From contig CAZOXU010000010.1 of the NCBI GenBank assembly GCA_964583975.1, forward strand, positions 9,779 to 73,778: 64,000 nucleotides of DNA, written 5' to 3'. Source of the stretch: an uncultured Planctomycetales bacterium (GTDB lineage Bacteria > Omnitrophota > Gorgyraeia > Zapsychrales > Fredricksoniimonadaceae). Made by a program: the position numbers and the translations under genes. Below, piece by piece: positions 26,101 through 33,903 of this stretch. Under the pieces are notes generated by a model. It saw nothing but the letters and a program-made list of their open reading frames with translations. It did no database searches and was not told where the DNA came from. Numbering within the stretch: the first letter of the stretch is position 1; the number at the start of each line of letters is the position of its first letter.

Positions 26101-27974
26101 TTAAGGTTGAAATGCAACGGTATGAGAATCGTGCACGCAAGGTAGCTGAATTCTTAGAAAGATTTCCTCCTCAAGTTGCCAATACGATAATGAACATTAA
26201 TGACGAAGACTTCCGGACACGTTTAACTCGAGATCTCATGAATAAAGATTTTAGCAACGCAAGGCAAAAACTTTTGGAACTCCAAGTTGAGCAAGATAAA
26301 TTAGCGGTAAAGATTGAAGAAATTAGTAGGACTATAAAATTAGAAGAAGCATTGTTAGAAATGAAACTGAGCGGTTCTTATTATCATCCTGAGGCCGTTG
26401 AGGATTTGTTAGAATTTGAAAAAGAACAAGAAAAGTTGATTTTTGAATTATATACGGAAAAGTATAAATCCTCTGATCAGCATGAGTATGTTATACATCT
26501 AATAAGGAATCTCTCAACCGATATCGAAAAACTATCGGCTACTGACAAGGCGATGGTGGCCAGTGGTGTGAAGAAGAAATTATCGGATTTATCCTCCACA
26601 GAATTAAGAGCTGAAATTATGAAGCATTTGATTAAAGGAACACCGTTGGAAGGCGTTGTAACAAATGTGAGAATTATTTCTAACCAAAGCGGAACGTTTC
26701 ATGCCATTTTTGATTCAGATCGATTTGGTACTTTGTATTGGGATTTTACTTATAAAGACCAAACCATTACTGAATTGACAATGACCGAAGGTGTGTTTCG
26801 AAGTCGATATAATCGTGTGCTTTTGGGATTGATACTGCATTGGGCGCAAACAAGATGGGGCATGACACAAGGCAAAAATTGGCCCATGGATCAAAAAGGC
26901 TCAGAGTTTTTCGTGAATGTTTTTAGTGAATGGGCCATCCCAGGGGAAAATCCTGTCACGTTGAATGGCGATAGTATCGCAGACGGTTTTAGTGTTGTAG
27001 ACTTTACCAAATTAGACCTCGTTCGCCACTGGCCGTTTGCCGATTTCGTGAATAAAGACAAGGCGATGACGGGGGAGTATGGCGCTAGTGTTGAGCGTAC
27101 GGCGAATGGTTTTACTGTCCGTTGGAAAGTGGCCTATGATAATATCGTGATCGAGCAATTTCCTCAATTGGTAGATAGTCTTTCAGTTATGGGCCCAGTG
27201 GAAGCCGCACAGAGATTTGCTTCAGGCCAGGAAGCAGTCACCTTATTACAAGTCGGGAATAAAGTAAAAGTATTTAGGCTCGAAGATGCTGAGGCTTTTG
27301 CTGAGAAATATCAGATTGCCGTTAGAATGGGGAATAGAAGTTACCGATTCAAAGGGCACAGGATTCAGCTTTTTGATCAACAAGGAATTATGCTGCAAGA
27401 ATTTGACGATCCAGAGATTCGGAGATTCTTGCTACTAAGAATTCATTCGGTGATTGGCTCTCTTTTAGTCGAAGTAGCTCGCAAAGACGTTCAAAGATTT
27501 ATGATGAAAGTTAAAGCCATGAAAGAAGGAATCACATATCAAGTTGATTTAATGAGTAAAAGTATCAATATACACTTGGGCGGAGTAAATCCTGTTATTG
27601 ATAAATTGACGGGCGCTATTATGCCAGAGGGTTTCCCGCCTACGTTGACAGATCAAGCTTACTTGCTCAGTCGGATGGCGTTGGCTTTGAGGTATACGGT
27701 TTTGGACGAAAGGGAGCAAAAAATCGTACGCCTTCCTTCTATGTCTGAGGTCTTGGCCTACAATCCCGTTGCTGATAATGCAATGACGGCCACCCCCGGC
27801 GGTATCGACTTTAATGCAAAGAACTTGAATTTAAAGGAACAAGGCTCCCCCAGCGAAACAGCATTTAAGCTAAGTGCTGAAAACGATCAAATCAACGGGA
27901 TTCGGCCGGTTATTATCAAAATCACCCCGGTCACCAATCTTCCTCAATTACTTGGGATAGATACCACTAGTTGA
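23154..27974 (+). CDS. giant secreted protein of unknown function (1606 aa) with an internal duplicated domain of about 170 aa
   Basis: N-terminal signal peptide (LICLLLCAFFFQNLGFG). A segment (about nt 24961-25470) recurs at about 26569-27075 with roughly 55% amino acid identity (KYNRVLLG..L.WAQTRWGMT.G..W..DQK). Two GC-rich palindromic repeat elements are inserted in frame (see repeats). Confidence 0.7.
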   Translation: MYIYLKKPLICLLLCAFFFQNLGFGQGTASAQALPEPGILLEPSAAFSPALMTGMTIHPENPLEFDFIVDTGEDHLQGEELKAQAQRMVNYFMATLTVPEDEMWVNLSPYEKNHIIADGLSVTEMGRDMLAQDYLLKQLTASLIYPERDLGKKFWEGVYKKAQALYGTTEVPVNTFNKVWIIPDEASVYSKDNKVFITNSHLKVMLECDYLAMSKQNVGATPRGRPQEGQAQGPAPTDTNIMANQIVRDLVVPAITKEINEGKNFANLRQIYNSMILATWYKRKLHKFVRAGSPSPNAKGGETPPLQNYIDHNKTNGIEIDDKTIKEKIYNQYLAAFKKGVFNFIKEDSLPTGQTIPRKYFAGGLVAPKVIKDAATLSPDYLIQAQRNPKVVVSVDAQPLKEGVADQSMVSEVIQLLFGLDQKILEENFGSMDNVIAAGKAMAALKRYDWKSVRHLLKGDALEVRTKMRNEVRTGQNSSTRFGGQLATDILLAIGKFANLNPPTQSFMWEVFKDKISKLPSEVDKSSLMIGYIDGLTSLEAMITLGTLTEDRFKDPTEMSTNQREILAHALELNHGDFKQAIGYVRWILPETGLSDAAMAANKAKKPLSDLSEAELKTEIIEHIFKGTPLDGVIDDVLTVFNRQGGFSVILKSKQMDFSVWDFSYNKQNITSCTFTGNKFRSKYNRVLLGSILYWAQTRWGMTRGSDWATDQKAAQFFVDIFDGWALPGQNPVTFKNARITGGFLMSVDLTKLDLASHWPFTNFVNKDRAMESPQENKEALLRELFQNELRKMTSGLLFRILHRLSLVNPIQAVAQRVVDSILEMEESPQREMMLDSIRNFSPADSSNSLIDPTDAVLIQAKHYLQAFDYRRMMLAGAINGMAVSLVEGVPLSKTFSFGVDILETPNGFRRFQYLVRNAMFHHADHLNWELQKQYPTDGRQLMIFDLLPDYARFGFDPPVIIAGEEISNVPYDQLTVEQKTLLKVEMQRYENRARKVAEFLERFPPQVANTIMNINDEDFRTRLTRDLMNKDFSNARQKLLELQVEQDKLAVKIEEISRTIKLEEALLEMKLSGSYYHPEAVEDLLEFEKEQEKLIFELYTEKYKSSDQHEYVIHLIRNLSTDIEKLSATDKAMVASGVKKKLSDLSSTELRAEIMKHLIKGTPLEGVVTNVRIISNQSGTFHAIFDSDRFGTLYWDFTYKDQTITELTMTEGVFRSRYNRVLLGLILHWAQTRWGMTQGKNWPMDQKGSEFFVNVFSEWAIPGENPVTLNGDSIADGFSVVDFTKLDLVRHWPFADFVNKDKAMTGEYGASVERTANGFTVRWKVAYDNIVIEQFPQLVDSLSVMGPVEAAQRFASGQEAVTLLQVGNKVKVFRLEDAEAFAEKYQIAVRMGNRSYRFKGHRIQLFDQQGIMLQEFDDPEIRRFLLLRIHSVIGSLLVEVARKDVQRFMMKVKAMKEGITYQVDLMSKSINIHLGGVNPVIDKLTGAIMPEGFPPTLTDQAYLLSRMALALRYTVLDEREQKIVRLPSMSEVLAYNPVADNAMTATPGGIDFNAKNLNLKEQGSPSETAFKLSAENDQINGIRPVIIKITPVTNLPQLLGIDTTS
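23808..23864. repeat. REP-like element, family A, two-hairpin module, copy 3, inserted in frame inside the 1606 aa CDS
   Basis: GGGCGAC-CCCCCGTG-GTCGCCC ... GGGCAGGCACAGGGGCCTGCCCCTACG. The first stem covaries with copy 1 (CAA/TTG versus CGAC/GTCG). It encodes a G/P-rich peptide (GATPRGRPQEGQAQGPAPTD). Confidence 0.8.
24015..24069. repeat. REP-like element, family B (GTAC-GGGC head), inserted in frame in the 1606 aa CDS
   Basis: GTACGGGCTGGGTCTCCCAGCCC ... GGGTGGGG-aaa-CCCCACCC. Same GGGCTGGGT-N-ACCCAGCCC palindrome as the copies at 30683, 33033 and 57684. Confidence 0.75.
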
Positions 27975-28049
27975 CAGAGAAAATTTGATTATTCAAATAT
28001 AAAAAAGACGAACAATTGACTGGATAATATCGGGTGTTAAACTAAACCC

Positions 28050-28628
28050 ATGCCTAATTTATATGTTATAGCTGGACCCAATGGAGCAGGAAAGACAACA
28101 TTCGCTAAAGAGTTTTTACCTTTATATGCTCATTGTCCCAATTTTATTAATGCAGACTTGATCGCAGCTGGTATTGCTCCGTTTGCTCCCGCCAGGGCTC
28201 AAATCAAGGCAGGCAAAATATTAATAGGACAGATCGATCAGTTTCTTAGAGACAAGGTTAATTTTGCTTTTGAATCTACCCTTTCAGGCAAAGCTTATGT
28301 TTCCTTGTTTAAAGAAGCTAGAGCTCAAGGGTATACAATTACAGTTTTTTATTTGAGTATTCCAAGCAATAAACTTGCTCAAGAAAGGATTAAACAGCGC
28401 GTTAAAGAAGGCGGGCATAATGTTCCCGTTGCTGATATTAACAGACGTTTTAAGAGAAGTTGGAGAAATTTTATTAACCTGTATAAGCCGTTAACTAATT
28501 CGTGGATTTTGTTTGATAACTCAGATCTTAAACCGGTTGAAATAGCGAAATCTAATAAGGGTAAATTAGAAATCTTAAATAAATTTTTATATACTCAGTT
28601 GATGGAGGATCAAAATGGCAAGTCTTAA
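28050..28628 (+). CDS. zeta-toxin-like / AAA P-loop kinase family protein
   Basis: 192 aa with a Walker A motif (GPNGAGKTT); overall resemblance to the zeta toxin / UDP-GlcNAc kinase-like ATPase family. Confidence 0.55.
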   Translation: MPNLYVIAGPNGAGKTTFAKEFLPLYAHCPNFINADLIAAGIAPFAPARAQIKAGKILIGQIDQFLRDKVNFAFESTLSGKAYVSLFKEARAQGYTITVFYLSIPSNKLAQERIKQRVKEGGHNVPVADINRRFKRSWRNFINLYKPLTNSWILFDNSDLKPVEIAKSNKGKLEILNKFLYTQLMEDQNGKS

Positions 28629-28779
28629 ATCTAGCGCAGTAATTTTAAATAAAGCAGGGAAGGCCATGCGTAGCGCGGTACGTAAAGTTTTGGCTGAAAA
28701 GAAATTAAGAGGAGAACCTGCCATTATTTGGAGAAACGGGAAGGTTGTAAAGATTCCTGCAAAACAATTAGGGGAATAA
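28615..28779 (+). CDS. small ORF (54 aa) overlapping the stop of the zeta-like ATPase gene
   Basis: ATG at 28615, stop at 28777-28779. Translation: MASLKSSAVILNKAGKAMRSAVRKVLAEKKLRGEPAIIWRNGKVVKIPAKQLGE. It overlaps the upstream gene by 14 nt, so it may be a translationally coupled partner such as an antitoxin-like protein. It is below the ORF-track length cutoff. Confidence 0.35.
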   Translation: MASLKSSAVILNKAGKAMRSAVRKVLAEKKLRGEPAIIWRNGKVVKIPAKQLGE

Positions 28780-28787
28780 AAAAATTC

Positions 28788-28816
28788 TTGACAATCAACA
28801 TTTCATCGGATATATT
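28788..28816 (+). promoter_or_regulatory. sigma70 consensus-like promoter upstream of amtB (TTGACA-17-TATATT)
   Basis: TTGACA at 28788-28793, a 17 nt spacer, and TATATT at 28811-28816. A leader of roughly 220 nt follows. Confidence 0.6.
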
Positions 28817-28964
28817 TGCTGCGTTGTTAAAGCTCAAAGCAAAGAAGTTTTGGGCGAGATGTAAGGACAAAGATGGTCCTCTTGGAAGAGTAACGATACT
28901 CCCTCAAGAGGATTTTTTATTTTGTAGGACAGGCTAAGATAGCCTAAGTCAAGGACACAGAAGT

Positions 28965-29010
28965 CCAGTTTTCCGCAGGCAGTGAAGCGGGGGGCTGGAT
29001 TTTTTTATTG
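28965..29010 (+). terminator. terminator/attenuator-like hairpin plus T-run in the amtB leader
   Basis: CCAGTTTTCCGC-(10 nt loop)-GCGGGGGGCTGG (12 bp with G-U pairs) followed by ATTTTTTTATTGG, 28 nt before the amtB ATG. A second hairpin+T-run (CCTCTTG ... CAAGAGG ATTTTTTATTTT) lies at 28878-28924. Confidence 0.5.
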
Positions 29011-29038
29011 GAAAACAACAATAAACAGGAGGAAGTCG

Positions 29039-30286
29039 ATGGAAACAACACCAGTAAATCCAATTAATGCCGGGGATACGGCATGGGTCTTGGTCTCATC
29101 AGCACTTGTTTTGCTGATGACAGCACCAGGCTTAGCATTTTTCTATGGAGGGATGGTCAGACGCAAAAACATCTTAGGCGTTTTAATGCAATGTTTTATG
29201 TGTTTGGCTGTAGTGAGTATCTTATGGGTAGTTTATGGGTATAGTTTAGCTTTCAGTAAGGGAACCCCGTTCATCGGAGGTTTGGATTGGTTTATGTTAA
29301 AAGGCGTTGGTCAAGATCCTAACACAGACTACGCTGGAACTATTCCGCATTTAGCTTTTATGATCTTCCAAGCTATGTTTGCGGTCATCACACCAGCTTT
29401 GATCATTGGTGCTTATGCTGAACGCATGAAATTCTCCGCATTTTTACTTTTTACAGCGCTTTGGTTGACCTTCGTATACTGCCCAATTGCCCACATGGTT
29501 TGGGGTCTAGGTGGTTTTATCGGTGGTTTAGGAGCCAAGGATTTCGCTGGTGGTACCGTTGTTCATATCAATGCAGGTGTTGCAGGCTTAGTTACAGCCT
29601 TATATTTAGGTAGACGCGTTGGAACAGATAAACCTGGGATGCATAATGTGCCATTTGTTGTCTTAGGGTCTGCTTTACTGTGGTTCGGATGGTTTGGTTT
29701 CAATGCTGGTTCAGCCTTAGCTGCTAATGGTTTAGCTGCTCATGCTTTTGTGACCACCAACACCGCTACCGCTGCTGCTGCCATTAGCTGGGCTTTGATG
29801 GAATGGATCTTTGCAGGTAAACCAACCACCTTGGGTGCTGCTTCAGGTGCTATTGCAGGTTTAGTTGCCATCACCCCTGCTTGCGGTTTCGTTGATGTGG
29901 CTGGCTCATTATGGATTGGTTTATTAGTTAGCGTATTCTGCTACTGTATGGTTGCTTTCGTAAAACCAAAGTTGAAATACGATGACACCTTGGATGCTTT
30001 TGGGGTTCATGGCATCGGCGGACTTTTCGGTGCTTTAGCTACCGGTATCTTCGCTACCAAGGCTGTTAATGCTGCTGGTGTGGATGGGTTGCTTGCAGGA
30101 AATCCAGGGCAATTATGGATTCAAGCCCAAGCTTGTTTGATCACCATTGCTTTTACAGCAGTTGTCACATGGATTATCTGCTTCGTGGTTGATAAAATCG
30201 TAGGTCTTCGTGCTGAGCAAGAAGAAGAGATTATGGGGTTGGATTTATCTCAACATCACGAAAGAGCATATACAATTTTAGATTAA
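29039..30286 (+). CDS. amtB: ammonium transporter
   Basis: 415 aa from the ATG at 29039, preceded by an AGGAGG SD. Amt/MEP family multi-TM sequence. The ORF-track start at 28982 (GTG) runs through the terminator-like hairpin. Confidence 0.9.
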   Translation: METTPVNPINAGDTAWVLVSSALVLLMTAPGLAFFYGGMVRRKNILGVLMQCFMCLAVVSILWVVYGYSLAFSKGTPFIGGLDWFMLKGVGQDPNTDYAGTIPHLAFMIFQAMFAVITPALIIGAYAERMKFSAFLLFTALWLTFVYCPIAHMVWGLGGFIGGLGAKDFAGGTVVHINAGVAGLVTALYLGRRVGTDKPGMHNVPFVVLGSALLWFGWFGFNAGSALAANGLAAHAFVTTNTATAAAAISWALMEWIFAGKPTTLGAASGAIAGLVAITPACGFVDVAGSLWIGLLVSVFCYCMVAFVKPKLKYDDTLDAFGVHGIGGLFGALATGIFATKAVNAAGVDGLLAGNPGQLWIQAQACLITIAFTAVVTWIICFVVDKIVGLRAEQEEEIMGLDLSQHHERAYTILD

Positions 30287-30289
30287 TTA

Positions 30290-30325
30290 ATCGTACGGGC
30301 GGGGGGGTGCCCCGCCCGATAATAA
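30290..30325. repeat. REP-like family B variant after the amtB stop
   Basis: GTACGGGCGGGGG-ggtg-CCCCGCCCG, with a GTAC head and a GC-rich palindrome. Confidence 0.6.
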
Positions 30326-30340
30326 TTTAGGAGGTTTTCA

Positions 30341-30682
30341 ATGAAATTAGTGCTAGCAATCATACAGCCTCATAGACTCGAAGAAGTCAAAAAGGAGCTC
30401 TATGCCGCCGACGTTAACTTGATCACCGTTTCTGAGGTCTTAGGACATGGTCGTCAGGTGGGTGTTGATGAGTATTACCGTGGAGTGAAAGAAACCGGAA
30501 ACCTGTTGCGTAAGATTCAGGTTGAAATCGCAGTCAACGAAGATTATGTTGAACCAACTGTTAAAGCAATTATTAAGGGTGCTAGAACAGGTAAAATAGG
30601 CGATGGAAAGATTTTCGTCTTAGATTTGCCTCGCTGTATCCGCATCCGTACGGGCGAAGAAGGTTCCAAGGCGATTGGGTAG
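30341..30682 (+). CDS. glnK: nitrogen regulatory protein P-II (GlnK-type, linked to amtB)
   Basis: 113 aa P-II fold sequence with a T-loop tyrosine region (DEYYRG). AGGAGG SD. Immediately downstream of amtB. Confidence 0.88.
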   Translation: MKLVLAIIQPHRLEEVKKELYAADVNLITVSEVLGHGRQVGVDEYYRGVKETGNLLRKIQVEIAVNEDYVEPTVKAIIKGARTGKIGDGKIFVLDLPRCIRIRTGEEGSKAIG

Positions 30683-30723
30683 GGGCTGGGTAACCCAGCC
30701 CGTACACACACATGTGCACGGGC
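30683..30723. repeat. REP-like element, family B, after the glnK stop
   Basis: GGGCTGGGT-A-ACCCAGCCC, then GTACACACACATGTGCAC, then GGGC. Confidence 0.75.
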
Positions 30724-30731
30724 AAAACATC

Positions 30732-30760
30732 TTGACATGATTAGGGTTGTATATTAATAT
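30732..30760 (+). promoter_or_regulatory. sigma70-like promoter upstream of glnA type III (TTGACA-17-TAATAT)
   Basis: TTGACA at 30732-30737 and TAATAT at 30755-30760. The leader contains a hairpin AGGTTCTTC...GGAGAACCT (30786-30819) followed by TGCTTTTTAGA. Confidence 0.5.
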
Positions 30761-30883
30761 TCGACTCTATTCAATATAAACAGTGAGGTTCTTCTTCGAT
30801 TCATTCGCAAGGAGAACCTTGCTTTTTAGACACTAAATTTGAGTTAAAGCTAACGATAACATAATCAAAAAGGGGGAATCATC

Positions 30884-33028
30884 ATGGGGCAAGGACGTCA
30901 CGAAGTTTTAGAAGCATGTGCCGAAGAAGGCAGCTGCTGTAACGGCTCTTTTTCTCAGCACCTTCCTGATCATTTCGGGGACAATGTATTTAATTTGAAG
31001 GTCATGAAGCAAGTTTTGTCATCCAAAGCTTATGCTTCGATCGAAAAGACGATTAAAGAAGGTGGCCGCTTAGATCCAACAATTGCTGATGAAGTAGCTG
31101 ATGCTATGAAGAACTGGGCGATTTCTAAGGGAGCGACCCACTTTACACATTGGTTCCAACCAATGACCGGTACCACCGCTGAAAAGCATGATTCTTTCAT
31201 CAGCTGGAACGATGAAGGTGGCATTATCTTAAGCTTTGGTGGTAAAGAACTTATTCAAGGCGAGCCAGATGCTTCATCTTTCCCTTCTGGTGGTTTACGT
31301 GCAACTTTCGAAGCTCGTGGTTATACGGGTTGGGATCCAACTTCTCCTGCCTTTATTAAAGAAGGTCCCAATTGCGCCACTCTTTGTATTCCTACATTCT
31401 ATATCGGTTATCATGGTGAAGCGTTAGATAAAAAGACACCTTTATTGCGCTCCATGAATGCCTTATCTAAACAAATCTGTCGTCTGGCTGTGCTTTTTGG
31501 TATTGATACCAAAGGCAAACGTGCCTATTGCACTTTAGGACCAGAACAAGAATATTTCTTGATCGACAAAGCTCATTTCCAAGCTCGTTTGGATTTAGTC
31601 CAAACCGGCCGCACTTTGTTTGGCCGTAAACCAGCTAAACATCAACAACAAGAAGATCATTATTTTGGAGCTATCAAGCCCAGAATTATGGCTTTCATGG
31701 AAGATTTGGACCGCACCTTATGGGGCTTAGGAATGCCTTCTAAGACTCGTCACAATGAGGTTGCTCCTGCTCAATATGAAATCGCTCCTATCTATGAAGA
31801 TTTAAACACTGCTGTTGACCACAACATGATGGCCATGGAAATCATGCGTCAATTAGCGGATAAACACGGTTTGGCATGTTTGTTACATGAAAAGCCTTTT
31901 GCTGGCGTTAACGGATCAGGAAAACACAACAACTGGTCTGTGGTTGGTCCAGATGGTAAGAACTGGCTTTATCCTGGAAAAACACCCCATGAAAACGCCA
32001 AATTCTTAACCACCTTGTGTGCCATCATCAAGGCCGTTGACACCTATGCTGATTTGCTTCGTGTCACCGTTGCTTCTGCCGGAAATGATCATCGTTTAGG
32101 GGCTAATGAAGCACCGCCCGCGATCATTTCTATTTTCTTAGGCGAACAACTTTATGATATCGTCGAGCAAATTGAAAAAGGTGGCGCTAAGAGTTCAAAA
32201 CAAGGAAGCGCGATCCACGTTGGGGTTGATTCATTGCCATCGTTGGCTAAAGACACTACGGATCGTAATCGCACCTCACCATTTGCTTTCACTGGTGCAA
32301 AGTTTGAATTCCGTGCGCTTGGTTCTAATATGAATCCTTCATCTGCGAACATGGTGCTTAACACCATCGTAGCTGAAGCGATCAGTGATATCTGCGATCA
32401 ATTAGAAGCAGAGAAGAAATCCGGAAAAGATTTCAACAGCTCATTACAAAAAGTTTTACAAAACATCATTAAGAACCACAAGCGCGTCTTGTTTAATGGT
32501 GATAACTATACTTCTCAATGGCATGCTGAAGCCAAAAAGAGAGGTCTTCCTAACTTGAAAAATACTCCTGATGCTTTGGAAGCGATCAAAGCTAAGAAGA
32601 ATGTTCAAGTCTTAGTGAAGCACGGCATCTTAAGCGAGAAAGAAGTTGCTTCTCGTTATGAAATCAATGTGCATGCTTACAATACTGTGATTGCTTTGGA
32701 AGGCAGCTGTGCAGCTACCATGGCAAGAACACAATTAATTCCAGCAGCAATCGAATATCAAAAAGAACTAGCTGATGCCATCAAGAGCGTTGGTTCAGTA
32801 GGTAAAACTGCTAACCAAAAGAAGCTTTTGAAGGAGATCTCTGGATTAATTGATCAAGCATTAGCGATCACTGATACTCTAGAAGCTTCCATTGAGAAAC
32901 ATGATTCTGCTAAAACCAGTGCAGCGATGGCTAAATTACGTGAAGCAATCGATGCGCTTGAAGGTTTTGTGCCTGCATCGATCTGGCCCGTTCCTTCTTA
33001 TGCAGAAATGCTCTTAATGAACGCATAA
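30884..33028 (+). CDS. glnN: glutamine synthetase type III (GlnN)
   Basis: 714 aa, the length and N-terminal region typical of type III GS. GGGGAATCAUC-type RBS (AAAGGGGGAA). Confidence 0.88.
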   Translation: MGQGRHEVLEACAEEGSCCNGSFSQHLPDHFGDNVFNLKVMKQVLSSKAYASIEKTIKEGGRLDPTIADEVADAMKNWAISKGATHFTHWFQPMTGTTAEKHDSFISWNDEGGIILSFGGKELIQGEPDASSFPSGGLRATFEARGYTGWDPTSPAFIKEGPNCATLCIPTFYIGYHGEALDKKTPLLRSMNALSKQICRLAVLFGIDTKGKRAYCTLGPEQEYFLIDKAHFQARLDLVQTGRTLFGRKPAKHQQQEDHYFGAIKPRIMAFMEDLDRTLWGLGMPSKTRHNEVAPAQYEIAPIYEDLNTAVDHNMMAMEIMRQLADKHGLACLLHEKPFAGVNGSGKHNNWSVVGPDGKNWLYPGKTPHENAKFLTTLCAIIKAVDTYADLLRVTVASAGNDHRLGANEAPPAIISIFLGEQLYDIVEQIEKGGAKSSKQGSAIHVGVDSLPSLAKDTTDRNRTSPFAFTGAKFEFRALGSNMNPSSANMVLNTIVAEAISDICDQLEAEKKSGKDFNSSLQKVLQNIIKNHKRVLFNGDNYTSQWHAEAKKRGLPNLKNTPDALEAIKAKKNVQVLVKHGILSEKEVASRYEINVHAYNTVIALEGSCAATMARTQLIPAAIEYQKELADAIKSVGSVGKTANQKKLLKEISGLIDQALAITDTLEASIEKHDSAKTSAAMAKLREAIDALEGFVPASIWPVPSYAEMLLMNA

Positions 33029-33032
33029 AGTA

Positions 33033-33070
33033 AGGGCTGGGTTACCTGCCTGCCGGCAGGCGTAGCCCTT
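33033..33070. repeat. REP-like element, family B-related compound hairpin after the glnN stop
   Basis: AAGGGCTGGGTTA-CCTGCC-tgcc-GGCAGG-CGTAGCCCTT. Contains a GTAG motif on the right arm. Confidence 0.7.
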
Positions 33071-33080
33071 AATAATATAA

Positions 33081-33116
33081 AAAGGGCGGATAAACTTTAT
33101 CCGCCCTTTTTGTTTT
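33081..33116 (+). terminator. rho-independent terminator after glnN
   Basis: Perfect 12 bp stem AAAGGGCGGATA / TATCCGCCCTTT with a 5 nt loop, followed by TTTTGTTTT. Confidence 0.8.
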
Positions 33117-33135
33117 AGTGTATAATCTCGAGAAA

Positions 33136-33879
33136 ATGATTACTATCATCAAACACATTGATATCGAAGGCCCGGGGACCTTGGGAGACTTCTTAGAATA
33201 CCGATCAATCCCTTACCAAATCATTGATTTAGGAGAAGGCGAGCGTCTGCCTGAAGACTTTGCTAACATCGATGCCGTGGTTGTTCTTGGCGGCCCCATG
33301 AATGTCGATGAAGAAGATAAGTATCCATTTTTAAAGCAAGAAGATAGATTTATCAAAGAGATTTTACGACGCGAAATTCCTTTTCTGGGAATTTGTTTAG
33401 GTTCACAGCTCTTAGCTAAAGCAGCAGGGGCCAGAGTAGTTAAATCACCGGTTAAAGAAATTGGTTGGTATACGATTCAATTAACGCCGCAAGGCCAACA
33501 AGATCCTTTGTTTAAAAACTTTAAAGAAGATGAACCGATCTATCACTGGCACGGGGATATGTTTGAAATTCCATTGACAGGTCAGTTATTAGCAACAGCC
33601 CAAGGTTGCCCACACCAAGCCCTCAAGATAGGTGAGAAAGCCTATGGCATACAGTTTCATGTAGAGGTCACCGATAAAAGCATTAAAGACTGGTGCGAGG
33701 AATATTGCCAGAACGACCTGCCCGGTCGGCCTGAACATGCCAAGAGCATGCTGGATGATTATGCGCGTTACCAAAAAGAATTCTTAAGGCAGGCTAATAC
33801 GATTTATGAGAATTTTTTAGGAATTACAAAATTAGGGACAGCGCCCTATTTTTCTAAAGTGGGAACCAACAATAAATAG
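33136..33879 (+). CDS. class I glutamine amidotransferase (GATase1-like)
   Basis: Nucleophile-elbow motif GICLGSQ with downstream conserved His/Glu (YHWHGD, GIQFHVEV). Start trimmed to MITIIKH. Confidence 0.75.
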   Translation: MITIIKHIDIEGPGTLGDFLEYRSIPYQIIDLGEGERLPEDFANIDAVVVLGGPMNVDEEDKYPFLKQEDRFIKEILRREIPFLGICLGSQLLAKAAGARVVKSPVKEIGWYTIQLTPQGQQDPLFKNFKEDEPIYHWHGDMFEIPLTGQLLATAQGCPHQALKIGEKAYGIQFHVEVTDKSIKDWCEEYCQNDLPGRPEHAKSMLDDYARYQKEFLRQANTIYENFLGITKLGTAPYFSKVGTNNK

Positions 33880-33903
33880 GGCGCTGTCCCTAATTTTAAG
33901 ACT

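Noticed and set aside
28728-28937. 69 aa ORF in the ORF track upstream of amtB
   Set aside because: It overlaps the predicted amtB promoter (28788-28816) and the leader hairpins, has no RBS, and its composition is unremarkable. It is more likely non-coding leader sequence.
28982-29038. GTG start at 28982 for amtB
   Set aside because: It would translate through the terminator-like hairpin. An AGGAGG SD 6 nt upstream of the ATG at 29039 and the position of the Amt homology both support the downstream start.
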